DNA of 48,552 bases from Bacteroidales bacterium (GTDB lineage Bacteria > Bacteroidota > Bacteroidia > Bacteroidales > UBA1556), in contig JAFGWF010000092.1 in the NCBI GenBank assembly GCA_016937295.1, positions 1 through 48,552 on the forward strand, given 5' to 3'. Of this stretch, positions 10,016 to 18,873 are shown piece after piece. The position numbers were made by a program, and so were the translations under genes. Numbering within the stretch: the first letter of the stretch is position 1; every line of letters starts with the position of its first letter. Below the pieces are notes generated by a model that was given only the letters and a program-made list of their open reading frames with translations, had not been told where the DNA came from and did no database searches.

Positions 10016-10421
10016 AATCTCTAATGATTTTCTTGTGGTCAAACGCTAGCTCTGGCAAATCATAGATACTGAACCATTGCGCCGATGCGGCATCATCACC
10101 GGCAATTACTGATAAATTGTGCATAGCAAGTTCGGTTTTAAAAAATACCATTGAAATAGTTCTATGACGCGGGTCTCTGTCGATGGCGTCATATATTTTA
10201 AATGCGGTCAGGGTGTCGAATGAGATGCCAGTTTCTTCTTTGAGCTCTCTCAAGGCAGCTTGTTCCAAGGTTTCGTCCAAATCAACAAAGCCTCCCGGCA
10301 AGGCCCATTGGCCTTTGAAGGGAGGCTTTTTTCTTTGAATCAAAAGAATCTTTTCCTCTTTTGATAGAACTATAATATCAACAGTGAACGCAGGTCGTGG
10401 ATATGTATAGCAATAAGGCAT
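9987..10421 (-). CDS. Nudix hydrolase (ADP-ribose pyrophosphatase / NrtR-Nudix-like clade)
   Basis: Nudix box GGFVDLDETLEQAALRELKEETG; RDPR; GDDA; LAFDH. Confidence 0.9.
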   Translation of the reverse strand: MPYCYTYPRPAFTVDIIVLSKEEKILLIQRKKPPFKGQWALPGGFVDLDETLEQAALRELKEETGISFDTLTAFKIYDAIDRDPRHRTISMVFFKTELAMHNLSVIAGDDAASAQWFSIYDLPELAFDHKKIIRDFMSFLSYNF

Positions 10422-11962
10422 TATTTTGCATAAGAAACAGCCCGTGTTTCTCTGATAACCGTAATTTTTATTTGACCTGGATAAGTCATTTCCTCCTGAA
10501 TCTGTTTCGATAATTCAAAGGAAATATTATTGGCTTCCTCATCCGAAATTTTGTCGGCACCAACAATTACCCGCAATTCGCGTCCGGCTTGGATGGCATA
10601 AGTTTTTAAAACTCCGGGGAATGATAAAGCTCTGTTTTCTAATTCTTTAAGACGATTGATATACGCTTCTACCACTTCTCGGCGTGCACCAGGGCGAGCT
10701 CCTGAGATGGCATCGCAAACTTGAACAATTGGTGAAATCAGCGTAGTCATTTCAATTTCGTCGTGGTGCGATCCAATGGCATTGCAAACCTCAGGCTTTT
10801 CTTTATACTTTTCTGCCAACTTCATTCCATGCAATGCGTGTGGTAGTTCAGGCTCATTCTCCGGAACTTTTCCAATATCATGCAGTAGTCCGGCGCGTTT
10901 GGCTAATTTTGGGTTTAGGCCAAGTTCAGCAGCCATTGTTGCACAAAGATTGGCTACTTCACGACTATGTTGTAATAAATTTTGCCCGTAGCTTGAGCGA
11001 TATTTCATGCGACCAACCATGCGAAGCAACTCGTGGTGCATACCATGAATTCCCAAGTCAATAGCAGTACGCTTACCGGTTTCCATAATTTCCTCTTCAA
11101 TCTGCTTGCGGGTTTTGGCAACTACTTCCTCAATACGTGCAGGATGTATGCGGCCATCACTCACTAATTTATGTAGAGATAACCGTGCAATTTCGCGCCT
11201 TACCGGATCAAAGCCCGATAGAATGATGGCTTCAGGGGTATCGTCCACTATGATTTCGATCCCTGTTGCGGCTTCTAAAGCTCTGATATTTCGTCCTTCA
11301 CGACCAATGATACGACCTTTTATGTCGTCATTTTCAATATGAAAAACCGATACGGTATTTTCAATAGCTGACTCCGTTGCGGTGCGTTGTATAGTTTCAA
11401 TAACAATCTTTTTAGCTTCAAGGTTTGCCGTCATTTTCGCTTCTTCCATCATTTCATTGATGTAATTGATTGCATCAGACTTTGCTTCGGCTTTCACAGC
11501 TTCCAATAATTCTTCCTTCGCTTCTTGAGCCGAAAGACCACTAATGGCTTCTAACTGTTCAATCTGCCGCTTTTGTGACTTTTCAAGCTCTTTTTCTTGT
11601 TGCAATAAATGAAGCCTTTTGCCTTCAAGGGCTTCTTTAGCTACTTCAATTTCTTCCAACATTTTTTTAATCTCCTCATTCCTCGCATTTAAATGTGTCT
11701 CGCGATTATTGAGCTTGTTCTCAAGTTTTAGAAGACCTTGTTTTCTCTGGCTTACATAGTTATCATGCTCTGTTTTAAGCTTAATAAACTTTTCTTTAGC
11801 CTCTAAAATCCGGTCTTTTTTTAATACCTCAGCTTCCGCTTTGGCTTCGTCAATCAATTGATGACTCTTCTTTTCAATTGATTTTCTTAAAAGTGTGGCA
11901 GTAATACCAATGCCAACACCAATCCCTACAAGGGTTCCCAGAATAATATATAAATACATCAT
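10421..11962 (-). CDS. rny: Ribonuclease Y
   Basis: TM anchor, coiled coil, KH domain ([13 protein letters not shown]), HD domain (LLHDIGK), C-terminal TRAVSYAK. Confidence 0.98.
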   Translation of the reverse strand: MMYLYIILGTLVGIGVGIGITATLLRKSIEKKSHQLIDEAKAEAEVLKKDRILEAKEKFIKLKTEHDNYVSQRKQGLLKLENKLNNRETHLNARNEEIKKMLEEIEVAKEALEGKRLHLLQQEKELEKSQKRQIEQLEAISGLSAQEAKEELLEAVKAEAKSDAINYINEMMEEAKMTANLEAKKIVIETIQRTATESAIENTVSVFHIENDDIKGRIIGREGRNIRALEAATGIEIIVDDTPEAIILSGFDPVRREIARLSLHKLVSDGRIHPARIEEVVAKTRKQIEEEIMETGKRTAIDLGIHGMHHELLRMVGRMKYRSSYGQNLLQHSREVANLCATMAAELGLNPKLAKRAGLLHDIGKVPENEPELPHALHGMKLAEKYKEKPEVCNAIGSHHDEIEMTTLISPIVQVCDAISGARPGARREVVEAYINRLKELENRALSFPGVLKTYAIQAGRELRVIVGADKISDEEANNISFELSKQIQEEMTYPGQIKITVIRETRAVSYAK

Positions 11963-12000
11963 AGAACAAAAAATAATTTAATGAAGAATGCTAAAAAAAA

Positions 12001-12181
12001 CCCGCCCATTCTAAATTGGAGCATGATAAACCCCAATATGACATGTATGGAGATGCCAGATTCCGCGAACTTCCACCGACCGTAATGGTACCCGTAGGTT
12101 GAGGCCTGTTCTAATAATCTATGAGCTTTTCTCCAATTTAATTTCTGTTGAGTTTATATACTAAGTTCAGAATGGTGCGGG
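12001..12181 (-). ncRNA. ssrS: 6S RNA (Bacteroidetes type)
   Basis: 181-nt element between zapA and rny, the usual 6S position. Ends pair (CCCGCaCCAUUCUGAA with UUUAGAAUGGGCGGG; AUAAACUCAA with UUGGGGUUUAU). Inner stem UGGAGA/UCUCCA leaves a central bubble. Followed by U8 at 11993-12000. Confidence 0.85.
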
Positions 12182-12223
12182 TAAGCTTTATGAGTAATAA
12201 ATACAATTATTACGCATAAATTT

Positions 12224-12517
12224 TCAAAGAACGTTTTCGTATTGTAAAATCTTATCAATCTCGTTTAGTGAGTTTAGAATTTCACCTTTCTCGCTTTGGC
12301 TGATGGTCTGCTCCGAAAGTTTTCGACTGGCAATCTCCAAACATACCATAGATAATAGGTCTTGGTGATCTTTAAATGAGTAATTCTCAGAATACATTTT
12401 TACTTTTTCGTTTATTTCCGATGAGGCCTTACGAATCAACTCTTCTTCAGTCGAATTTTCAACTGTTAGTCGATATGTACGCCCTGCTATCGTAACTGTT
12501 ATTCCTAATGAACTCAC
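12224..12517 (-). CDS. zapA: Cell division protein ZapA
   Basis: ITVTIAGRTYRL..EEELIRKA..D.QDLLSM; upstream of 6S RNA and rny. Confidence 0.9.
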   Translation of the reverse strand: MSSLGITVTIAGRTYRLTVENSTEEELIRKASSEINEKVKMYSENYSFKDHQDLLSMVCLEIASRKLSEQTISQSEKGEILNSLNEIDKILQYENVL

Positions 12518-12523
12518 TAATTG

Positions 12524-12808
12524 TTATTTTAATAATGTTATACAATAATCAATTTCTCGCACTAATTCAGCAATCTTCTGTTTCGAACCTTTATCACTCG
12601 TTTCTGAAGTAATGGAGCCGGCTATCTTGATAATTTCTATCTGATGCTTTAACTCATTGATTTCAGAATTTCTTTTATGAATCTCATTCTCAGCTTCTTT
12701 TAAGCGTTTTTGAAGATTCTTGTTTTCCCCTTCCAAGTATAGATTTCGCTCAGCTACCCTCTTGGCTCTGCTATGCAAACTTGCTAAAAGTACCTTTATC
12801 TCTTCCAT
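12524..12808 (-). CDS. ZapB-like coiled-coil protein
   Basis: Heptad coiled coil, C-terminal LVREIDYCITLL, directly upstream of zapA; start moved from 12832 (which overlaps the -7 element) to ATG 12808. Confidence 0.75.
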   Translation of the reverse strand: MEEIKVLLASLHSRAKRVAERNLYLEGENKNLQKRLKEAENEIHKRNSEINELKHQIEIIKIAGSITSETSDKGSKQKIAELVREIDYCITLLK

Positions 12809-12831
12809 TCTTTCAGGTGAAAATTTCATCA

Positions 12832-12839
12832 CAAAAGTA
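12832..12839 (-). promoter_or_regulatory. Bacteroidetes -7 element (TACTTTTG) for zapB-like/zapA/ssrS/rny
   Basis: TAnnTTTG 23 nt upstream of ATG 12808. Confidence 0.55.
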
Positions 12840-13194
12840 ATCTTTTTTTTTAACCAAATCTTATTTTTTCTTCACGCACACACTATTTAGTTTGCATGTA
12901 TATCGAATCCAGTTCTTTCTGTTGTCCTGTTAATTTTTTCAGAAACGCTTTGTATTTTATGGATAATTTTGTTAAATATTGATTATATAGTGCATCAAAA
13001 TGCTTATAATGAATGATATGTATATCATCAAAAAATTGTCGTTTGTAAATATTTTTATTTTTTTATTGGATTATTGTTGTAAATTGTAAAAATTATTATG
13101 AAGTTATATAAAAGTTTTTATTTTTTTAAATAATTAATAAACAGTTATTTATAATATTAAAACCGAAAAGTATTTATAATTTTAGTTGGATGTT

Positions 13195-13224
13195 TTTGCG
13201 ATTATTGATGTTTATATATTTTTG
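13195..13224 (+). promoter_or_regulatory. Bacteroidetes -33/-7 promoter for the TonB receptor
   Basis: TTTG 13195-13198, 18-nt gap, TATTTTTG 13217-13224. Confidence 0.5.
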
Positions 13225-13241
13225 CAATTATTACGTTAATT

Positions 13242-15617
13242 ATGATATTTATGAGAATTGTTATTACCCTTTCATTATTCTTGTTTTTTGCATCCATAGC
13301 AATGGATATTACTGCTCAAGGGGTGTTTAAAGGAAAAGTTATCGACTCGAAAACGAAAGTTGCATTAGTGGGTGCTAGTCTTAAATTAGATGAAATAGCT
13401 ACCGGAACAATCACTGATGGCGAAGGAAAGTTTTCCTTTGAAAACTTGAAATTCAAATCCTATGTTTTATTAGTAAAATATCAAGGTTATTATGATGTGG
13501 TTCAAAAGATAAATGTTGAATCGTTTGTTAATCAAGAGATTATAATTGAGATGCGATTGAATATCAGAGAATTGACCACTGTTGAAATTCGCGATGATAA
13601 GATTGTTAGTCATCCCTATTCAAAGCAAACAATCTCGCGGGTTACACTCAGTCAGGAGCCGGTTAGAGATATTGGCGATTTTTTACGATCCATTCCCAAC
13701 GTTAGTGCGATTCGCAAAGGTGGGGCAAATCTTGACCCTGTAATCAGGGGGTTTAAGTTTGACCAGCTCAATGTTCAGGTTGATAATGGCCTTTCGATGG
13801 AAGGCGGCTGCCCAAATCGCATGGATCCAACCTCTGCCCACGTTGAGGCGTCTGATATCGAAGCTATCGAAATTTATAAGGGTCCCTTTGCATTGAGATA
13901 TGGTCCGGTAATGGGTGGTGTGATTAATATGCTCACTATCAATCCGCGTCCTTACGAAACGTTTAGTGTTTTTGTGAAAGGTAATATGGGCTATGAAAGT
14001 AATTGGAATGGAATGCGGCAGCATGTAACGGTGCTTGGTGGTAATCAAAAGATATTTTTTGCACTTACCGGAAACGATGCCCGATACGGTAATTATTCGG
14101 ATGGAGACGGGAGTTTGGTAAAATCTGATTTTCGAAAAATGGGTTTCACCGGTAAATTGGGTTATGCCCCTGCTAAAAATCATCGAATTATTTTTTCTGC
14201 TTCTAAGTTTTATGCTCGTGACGTGGCTTTCACTGCTCTGCCAATGGACGAACGCACCGACAACACAAGTTTGTATTCACTCGATTATCAAGCAAAGAAT
14301 ATTTCTAACACTATTTCCTCTTTAGAGTTTAAGGCGTATGCTTCGCTCATCAATCATGTGATGGACAATAATGAGCGTCCATTTGGCGACACTACTTCTT
14401 CCATTGCTGCAATCGATGCTTTGAAGTATGGTTATCGCGCAGAAGCAGGGTTGAATATTGCGAAAGGCCATTTGTTTGTTGGTACTGATTTTTACAGAGT
14501 GGAGAAGGATGGACAGCGGGATAAAATCATGTTAAGTCAATTCCCGATGCAAATCGGTTTGATACCTCTAAAAGTCGAAAACTTATGGAATCAGGCAGTT
14601 ATAACCAATTTGGGTTTATTTGGCGAGTACAAACGCGAATGGACTATGTGGGAAATGGTTGTGGCAATCCGTGGGGACTTTAATCAAGCATATTCCGACA
14701 GCATTTCTTTATTGAATATGATGGGAGTGGATCTTTTAGGAACTCCTGCGGATAGCACTTCCTCGGAGTTGATTAATTTTAGTTTTAGTGCTGGAGTGAC
14801 CAGAAATATTTCAGAATTTTTTACCTTAGGAGCTTCTTTTGGTCGCGGTGTTCGGAGTCCGGGAATGATTGAACGATTTATCGTTTCATTACCAACAGGT
14901 TACGACAATTTTGAATACATTGGGAATCCAAATCTTAAACCCGAAGCTAATAATGAATTCGATTTGGTTTTACGCTTCAATAAATCTCAAATTGGAGCGG
15001 CTGAATTCACCGTTTTCTATAGTTTTATTCAAGATTATATTGGAGGTGAATTTATTCCAAAAACTATTCAAAAACCTTTGACACAGAGTGTGTTGGGGGT
15101 AAAGAGATTTGAAAACTTAGGAAATGCAAATCTTGCCGGTTTCGAGTTTGGATACAATTCTCCAACCTTTTGGAAAATGATGGTGAAGTTTTCAGGCGCA
15201 TATACTTTTGGAGCAATCAAAGAAATTGAAGTGCTGGAGTTTGACGCAAATGGAAATGCTATAAACGCAGAAATGGTTTCTAATGATCCAATCGCTGAAT
15301 TGCCTCCTTTTGAAGCTAAACTTTCGATTGGTTATAAATTATTTGATATGAAATGGATACCTAAAGCGGATTTTCGATATGTTGCCGAACAAAATCGGGT
15401 TAGTGAAGCAAGCTTGGAGCCTGTTTCTCCATCTTTTTACCTTATTAATGTCTCTATGACTTATCGTTTCAGCGATTACCTTGATGTCGCTTGTGGCATT
15501 AATAATTTGCTCGATACGGAATATACCGAGCACCTGAATAGGAGAGTGGTTGGCACCGATTATCGCATTCCTGAACCCGGAAGAATTTTGTATTTAAATG
15601 TGAATTATAACTTTTAA
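13242..15617 (+). CDS. TonB-dependent receptor, OprC-like copper transporter, with N-terminal carboxypeptidase-regulatory-like domain
   Basis: GKVIDSKT..LVGA..GTITDGEGKF N-terminal domain; plug GGCPNRMDP (CxxxM); IEIYKGP; NHVMDN (HxM); GNPNLKPE; YTEHLNR; EPGR..YNF terminus. Confidence 0.85.
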   Translation: MIFMRIVITLSLFLFFASIAMDITAQGVFKGKVIDSKTKVALVGASLKLDEIATGTITDGEGKFSFENLKFKSYVLLVKYQGYYDVVQKINVESFVNQEIIIEMRLNIRELTTVEIRDDKIVSHPYSKQTISRVTLSQEPVRDIGDFLRSIPNVSAIRKGGANLDPVIRGFKFDQLNVQVDNGLSMEGGCPNRMDPTSAHVEASDIEAIEIYKGPFALRYGPVMGGVINMLTINPRPYETFSVFVKGNMGYESNWNGMRQHVTVLGGNQKIFFALTGNDARYGNYSDGDGSLVKSDFRKMGFTGKLGYAPAKNHRIIFSASKFYARDVAFTALPMDERTDNTSLYSLDYQAKNISNTISSLEFKAYASLINHVMDNNERPFGDTTSSIAAIDALKYGYRAEAGLNIAKGHLFVGTDFYRVEKDGQRDKIMLSQFPMQIGLIPLKVENLWNQAVITNLGLFGEYKREWTMWEMVVAIRGDFNQAYSDSISLLNMMGVDLLGTPADSTSSELINFSFSAGVTRNISEFFTLGASFGRGVRSPGMIERFIVSLPTGYDNFEYIGNPNLKPEANNEFDLVLRFNKSQIGAAEFTVFYSFIQDYIGGEFIPKTIQKPLTQSVLGVKRFENLGNANLAGFEFGYNSPTFWKMMVKFSGAYTFGAIKEIEVLEFDANGNAINAEMVSNDPIAELPPFEAKLSIGYKLFDMKWIPKADFRYVAEQNRVSEASLEPVSPSFYLINVSMTYRFSDYLDVACGINNLLDTEYTEHLNRRVVGTDYRIPEPGRILYLNVNYNF

Positions 15618-15627
15618 AATATTGATT

Positions 15628-16023
15628 ATGAAATATATAGTGTTTTTCGTTTTGTTAATTATTGCCTTTTCTTCCTGCCAAAAAGACAACGACGAAGTTC
15701 AGGTTGTTTATGCAATAAAAGGTTTTTCACAGCCCTATAAGGTTGTTTATGCCATAGGCGACTTAAATAAAACAGAGGTGTTTAACATTGATCCTGCGGG
15801 CTCCACTTCTTATGAATGGAAAGCTGAACTACAGGCCGTACCCGGCAAAGTAACTTATTTATACGTGGAATCCGATGAAAACATTTCCAATGTTTCGGGT
15901 TTTCATGCCACTATTTTTGTTGAAGGAAAAGTTTTTAGACGTGCTTATGATTATGATGGTACTCGACAAATGCCTAACGATACCACTTTTTACATCAAGC
16001 AGTTTGGCACTATACCTTTTTGA
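15628..16023 (+). CDS. Small hypothetical lipoprotein, probably surface-exposed
   Basis: MKYIVFFVLLIIAFSS-C-QKDNDE: lipobox followed by an acidic export-signal-like motif; beta-rich; 10 nt after the receptor stop. Confidence 0.75.
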   Translation: MKYIVFFVLLIIAFSSCQKDNDEVQVVYAIKGFSQPYKVVYAIGDLNKTEVFNIDPAGSTSYEWKAELQAVPGKVTYLYVESDENISNVSGFHATIFVEGKVFRRAYDYDGTRQMPNDTTFYIKQFGTIPF

Positions 16024-16207
16024 TGTTGTCATAAGGGTAATTTATAATAATTATCATTATATTTTCTCTTTAATTATCAGCTTATCAATGTATTGAAGCG
16101 TTTTACATTGATTATTTTTAACAAAAAGAGTTTTTATTGTAACTTTTAATATCCAACCTTTGTAAAAGATTTCGGTCTCCTATTTTAACAATATTAACAA
16201 CGAACCA

Positions 16208-18088
16208 ATGAAAACTTTCATCAAGATAATTACTATCTTTATTAGCTATTATTCCTTTGGGCAATCGACCCCATCTAATTTTGACTTTATAACTTCAACT
16301 GCCGCAAATACAAGTTATTCGGTTAATGGATACGGCAGTAGTTCGTATCCTAACTCAGCCACCTATAATGTTGTTTTTGGTTATTCTAATGCAACAACGC
16401 AATCCAACGACTACAAACTGGCTTCCTTTGAGGTGAATAGTAATACCTACAATCCAATTACTTTGCCTAATGGTGAGTGTTATAGTAAGGTTGTGGTAAA
16501 TAGGATGGTATTCCCTTCCTCACCTGTTACCGATTTGGGAAAGCAAACAATATTCTTTGAGTTGGGCTCCAAGAGTGGTACCAACTTATATATGACACCC
16601 TCATATACCAATATTCAAGAAGCTGTTAATACCCGAATTTTGAATAGGGGCGGTGATAATGTTTTTTCCAATACAGGTGGACAAACTCTAAATAATATCG
16701 AACGTATTGACTTAATGATTGAGGATGGCGTATTTACTCCGGACAATACGCAATCTGGTTTTTTGATAAATGAACGCGGTGGCAATGATGAATTTATTGT
16801 GGCTGCCATCACAGGATTAGATGCTAATGGTGATGTTAGTAGTGTTGGAAGTTTAGTTTCAATTGCAACTTCGGATTGGGGAAATACAGGATATTCTACC
16901 ACTACAACAGTTTTTCAAAGAGGTACAACGGATACTTATATGCGACCAAATCAAGATTTGACAAGCCAGAATATTTATGGTGTTTTTATTTCATATCAAG
17001 ATTTGGGAATAGCCAACAATACTACAATTTATGGTATCGCCATTTTCCCTGGTGATGTTAACTCATCCATGGATTTAATTGGATTGTCAGATGTGCCTTG
17101 GGATACAGATGCTGACAGTTATGGCTCCGGTGGTTTAGATTTAATGGGCGGTGGTGGATATTTTGCTACTGCAGATGTTATTGTAACTGATCTCCAAACC
17201 ACAATCACTTCCAATACGGCTATTCCTTCGGATGGCGACATCGTGGATATCACAGTTCGGGTTGATAATAATGGGCCAATGTCAGATGATAATATTTCTG
17301 TAACTGCCACAATTCCTGATGGTTATATTTATCAAAATTTGGTTTCAGGATATACTGGTTCAGTATCTGTCGTCGGTTCAACTATAACTTGGACTTTTCC
17401 AGCACTTGCTCTAAACGATTTTGAAGAATTGACTTTTCAAGTAGAGGCAGAAGCAATAGGCGATCGCACATTTACTTCAACGGTTTCCGGTACTAAAACA
17501 GATGTCGTTCCCGGAAACAATCCTGATAACTTGGAATTATTGCTGGATACGGAACAATCTACATTGCCCGTAAGTTTGATTTCTTTTAAAGGTTTTCAAG
17601 ATGAAAATTCTGTTAATTTAGAATGGAAAACCGCTTCCGAAATAAACAATCACTATTTTGAAGTTCAGCGTTGGAACGATCAGCTTGGTTTTGAGACCAT
17701 TGGTGAGGTTGAAGGAAATGGAACTTCGAATATTCTGCACCAATATCTATTTCAAGATTTGAATCCTGTTTTGGGTGTGAATTATTACCGACTTGTTCAG
17801 CATGATTTTGATGGTGCTTCAACTGTTTTTCCTAAAATTGCAGTAAATGTGGACGGAGGAATTAATGATATTCATGTTTTTCCTAATCCAATTATAGATA
17901 AAGTCAGTTTTTCTAATTTTAATCGCATTTCTTCCATTTTCCTTTACGACATGCGTGGCAAAATGCTGATGTCATTCAATCAAGATTCGTATGATTATTT
18001 GGATTTATCGGGGTTGGGAAAAGGTGTGTATTTTTTAGAAATTCAAAGCGGAAGTGAAAAAATAATGCGGAAGATTATTAAGTTATAA
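16208..18088 (+). CDS. T9SS-secreted protein with a DUF11-like Ig domain and type A CTD
   Basis: Signal peptide; DLQTTIT..VDNNGP..D..PGNN (DUF11-like); TLPVSL..F..LEWKTASE.NN; VFPNP..YDMRGK..GVYFL..KIIK. Confidence 0.85.
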   Translation: MKTFIKIITIFISYYSFGQSTPSNFDFITSTAANTSYSVNGYGSSSYPNSATYNVVFGYSNATTQSNDYKLASFEVNSNTYNPITLPNGECYSKVVVNRMVFPSSPVTDLGKQTIFFELGSKSGTNLYMTPSYTNIQEAVNTRILNRGGDNVFSNTGGQTLNNIERIDLMIEDGVFTPDNTQSGFLINERGGNDEFIVAAITGLDANGDVSSVGSLVSIATSDWGNTGYSTTTTVFQRGTTDTYMRPNQDLTSQNIYGVFISYQDLGIANNTTIYGIAIFPGDVNSSMDLIGLSDVPWDTDADSYGSGGLDLMGGGGYFATADVIVTDLQTTITSNTAIPSDGDIVDITVRVDNNGPMSDDNISVTATIPDGYIYQNLVSGYTGSVSVVGSTITWTFPALALNDFEELTFQVEAEAIGDRTFTSTVSGTKTDVVPGNNPDNLELLLDTEQSTLPVSLISFKGFQDENSVNLEWKTASEINNHYFEVQRWNDQLGFETIGEVEGNGTSNILHQYLFQDLNPVLGVNYYRLVQHDFDGASTVFPKIAVNVDGGINDIHVFPNPIIDKVSFSNFNRISSIFLYDMRGKMLMSFNQDSYDYLDLSGLGKGVYFLEIQSGSEKIMRKIIKL

Positions 18089-18475
18089 TTCGTATAATTC
18101 AGATAACCAATTATTAAGCATCTTAAAATCCACCGGTTTTTTGATAACTTTATCCAATCCTGAAGATAAATATTCTTCCAAATCTTCATCTTGAAAATTT
18201 GCTGAAACAGCAATAATATGTGATCGTGTATCTAAAAATTCTTTTTCAAATTTTCTTATAGACTTTGTTGCCGCAAGTCCATCCATTATCGGCATCATTA
18301 TGTCCATAAAAACCAAATCAAAAGGCTTTTCCATAAAAAGTTCAACAGCTATAACTCCGTTATCGGCTGTTTCTACTTTTGACTTGTATTTCATCATGGC
18401 AAATTGTAAAACTTGTCGATTTATAGCATTGTCATCAACAATAAGTACCCGTATTTCCTTTATGGATTTCTTCAT
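18083..18475 (-). CDS. Single-domain response regulator (REC)
   Basis: VLIVDDN, FMDIMMP.MDG (phospho-Asp), IIAVSA, KKP. Confidence 0.9.
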   Translation of the reverse strand: MKKSIKEIRVLIVDDNAINRQVLQFAMMKYKSKVETADNGVIAVELFMEKPFDLVFMDIMMPIMDGLAATKSIRKFEKEFLDTRSHIIAVSANFQDEDLEEYLSSGLDKVIKKPVDFKMLNNWLSELYEL

Positions 18476-18567
18476 AAAAATTTATTTGAGCTATTCAAAA
18501 TCAGGGATTTAGTTTTTGTTGTGAATAACTTCCTCTACAATTGATTCTCTTATTTGAATAAAGCGTA

Positions 18568-18575
18568 CAAATCTA
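18568..18575 (-). promoter_or_regulatory. Bacteroidetes -7 element (TAGATTTG) for the response regulator
   Basis: TAnnTTTG about 90 nt upstream of ATG 18475. Confidence 0.45.
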
Positions 18576-18671
18576 CAAACCATTTTTTATAAATGCAATA
18601 CATGTTTTAAAAAACAATCAGAAAAGAAGGATATTCAAGCGTAGGTTGAAATTTATCAGAAAAATGGGGGC

Positions 18672-18706
18672 AATAAAGAAGAACTCCCACTGGGAATGGG
18701 AGTCTT
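18672..18706 (-). terminator. Intrinsic terminator-like hairpin with no CDS directly upstream
   Basis: Stem ACTCCCA 18683-18689 / TGGGAGT 18697-18703 with a 7-nt loop; followed on the minus strand by UCUUCUUUAUU. Confidence 0.55.
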
Positions 18707-18766
18707 ACGGGTGGTTATAAATGTTTGGGAAGTAAAGGGATAAATTAAAAAAATCTAATTGATGAA
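18672..18766 (-). ncRNA. Candidate sRNA of about 95 nt
   Basis: Bracketed by an ECF-like promoter (GCAAC-N16-CGTCT, 18796-18771) and the terminator hairpin; no ORF; inference only. Confidence 0.35.
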
Positions 18767-18873
18767 AATTAGACGCAAAGTATTGTAAATAGTTGCCTGG
18801 AAATTTTATCCATCATTAACCCTTAATGCTGATACATTTTATTTGTATTTTCGCTGTTTCAAAATCCATTTCA

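Noticed and set aside
12840-13241. Replication origin
   Set aside because: AT-rich, but I saw only one 8/9 DnaA-box-like match (TATGGATAA, 12958-12966), no box cluster and no origin-associated genes
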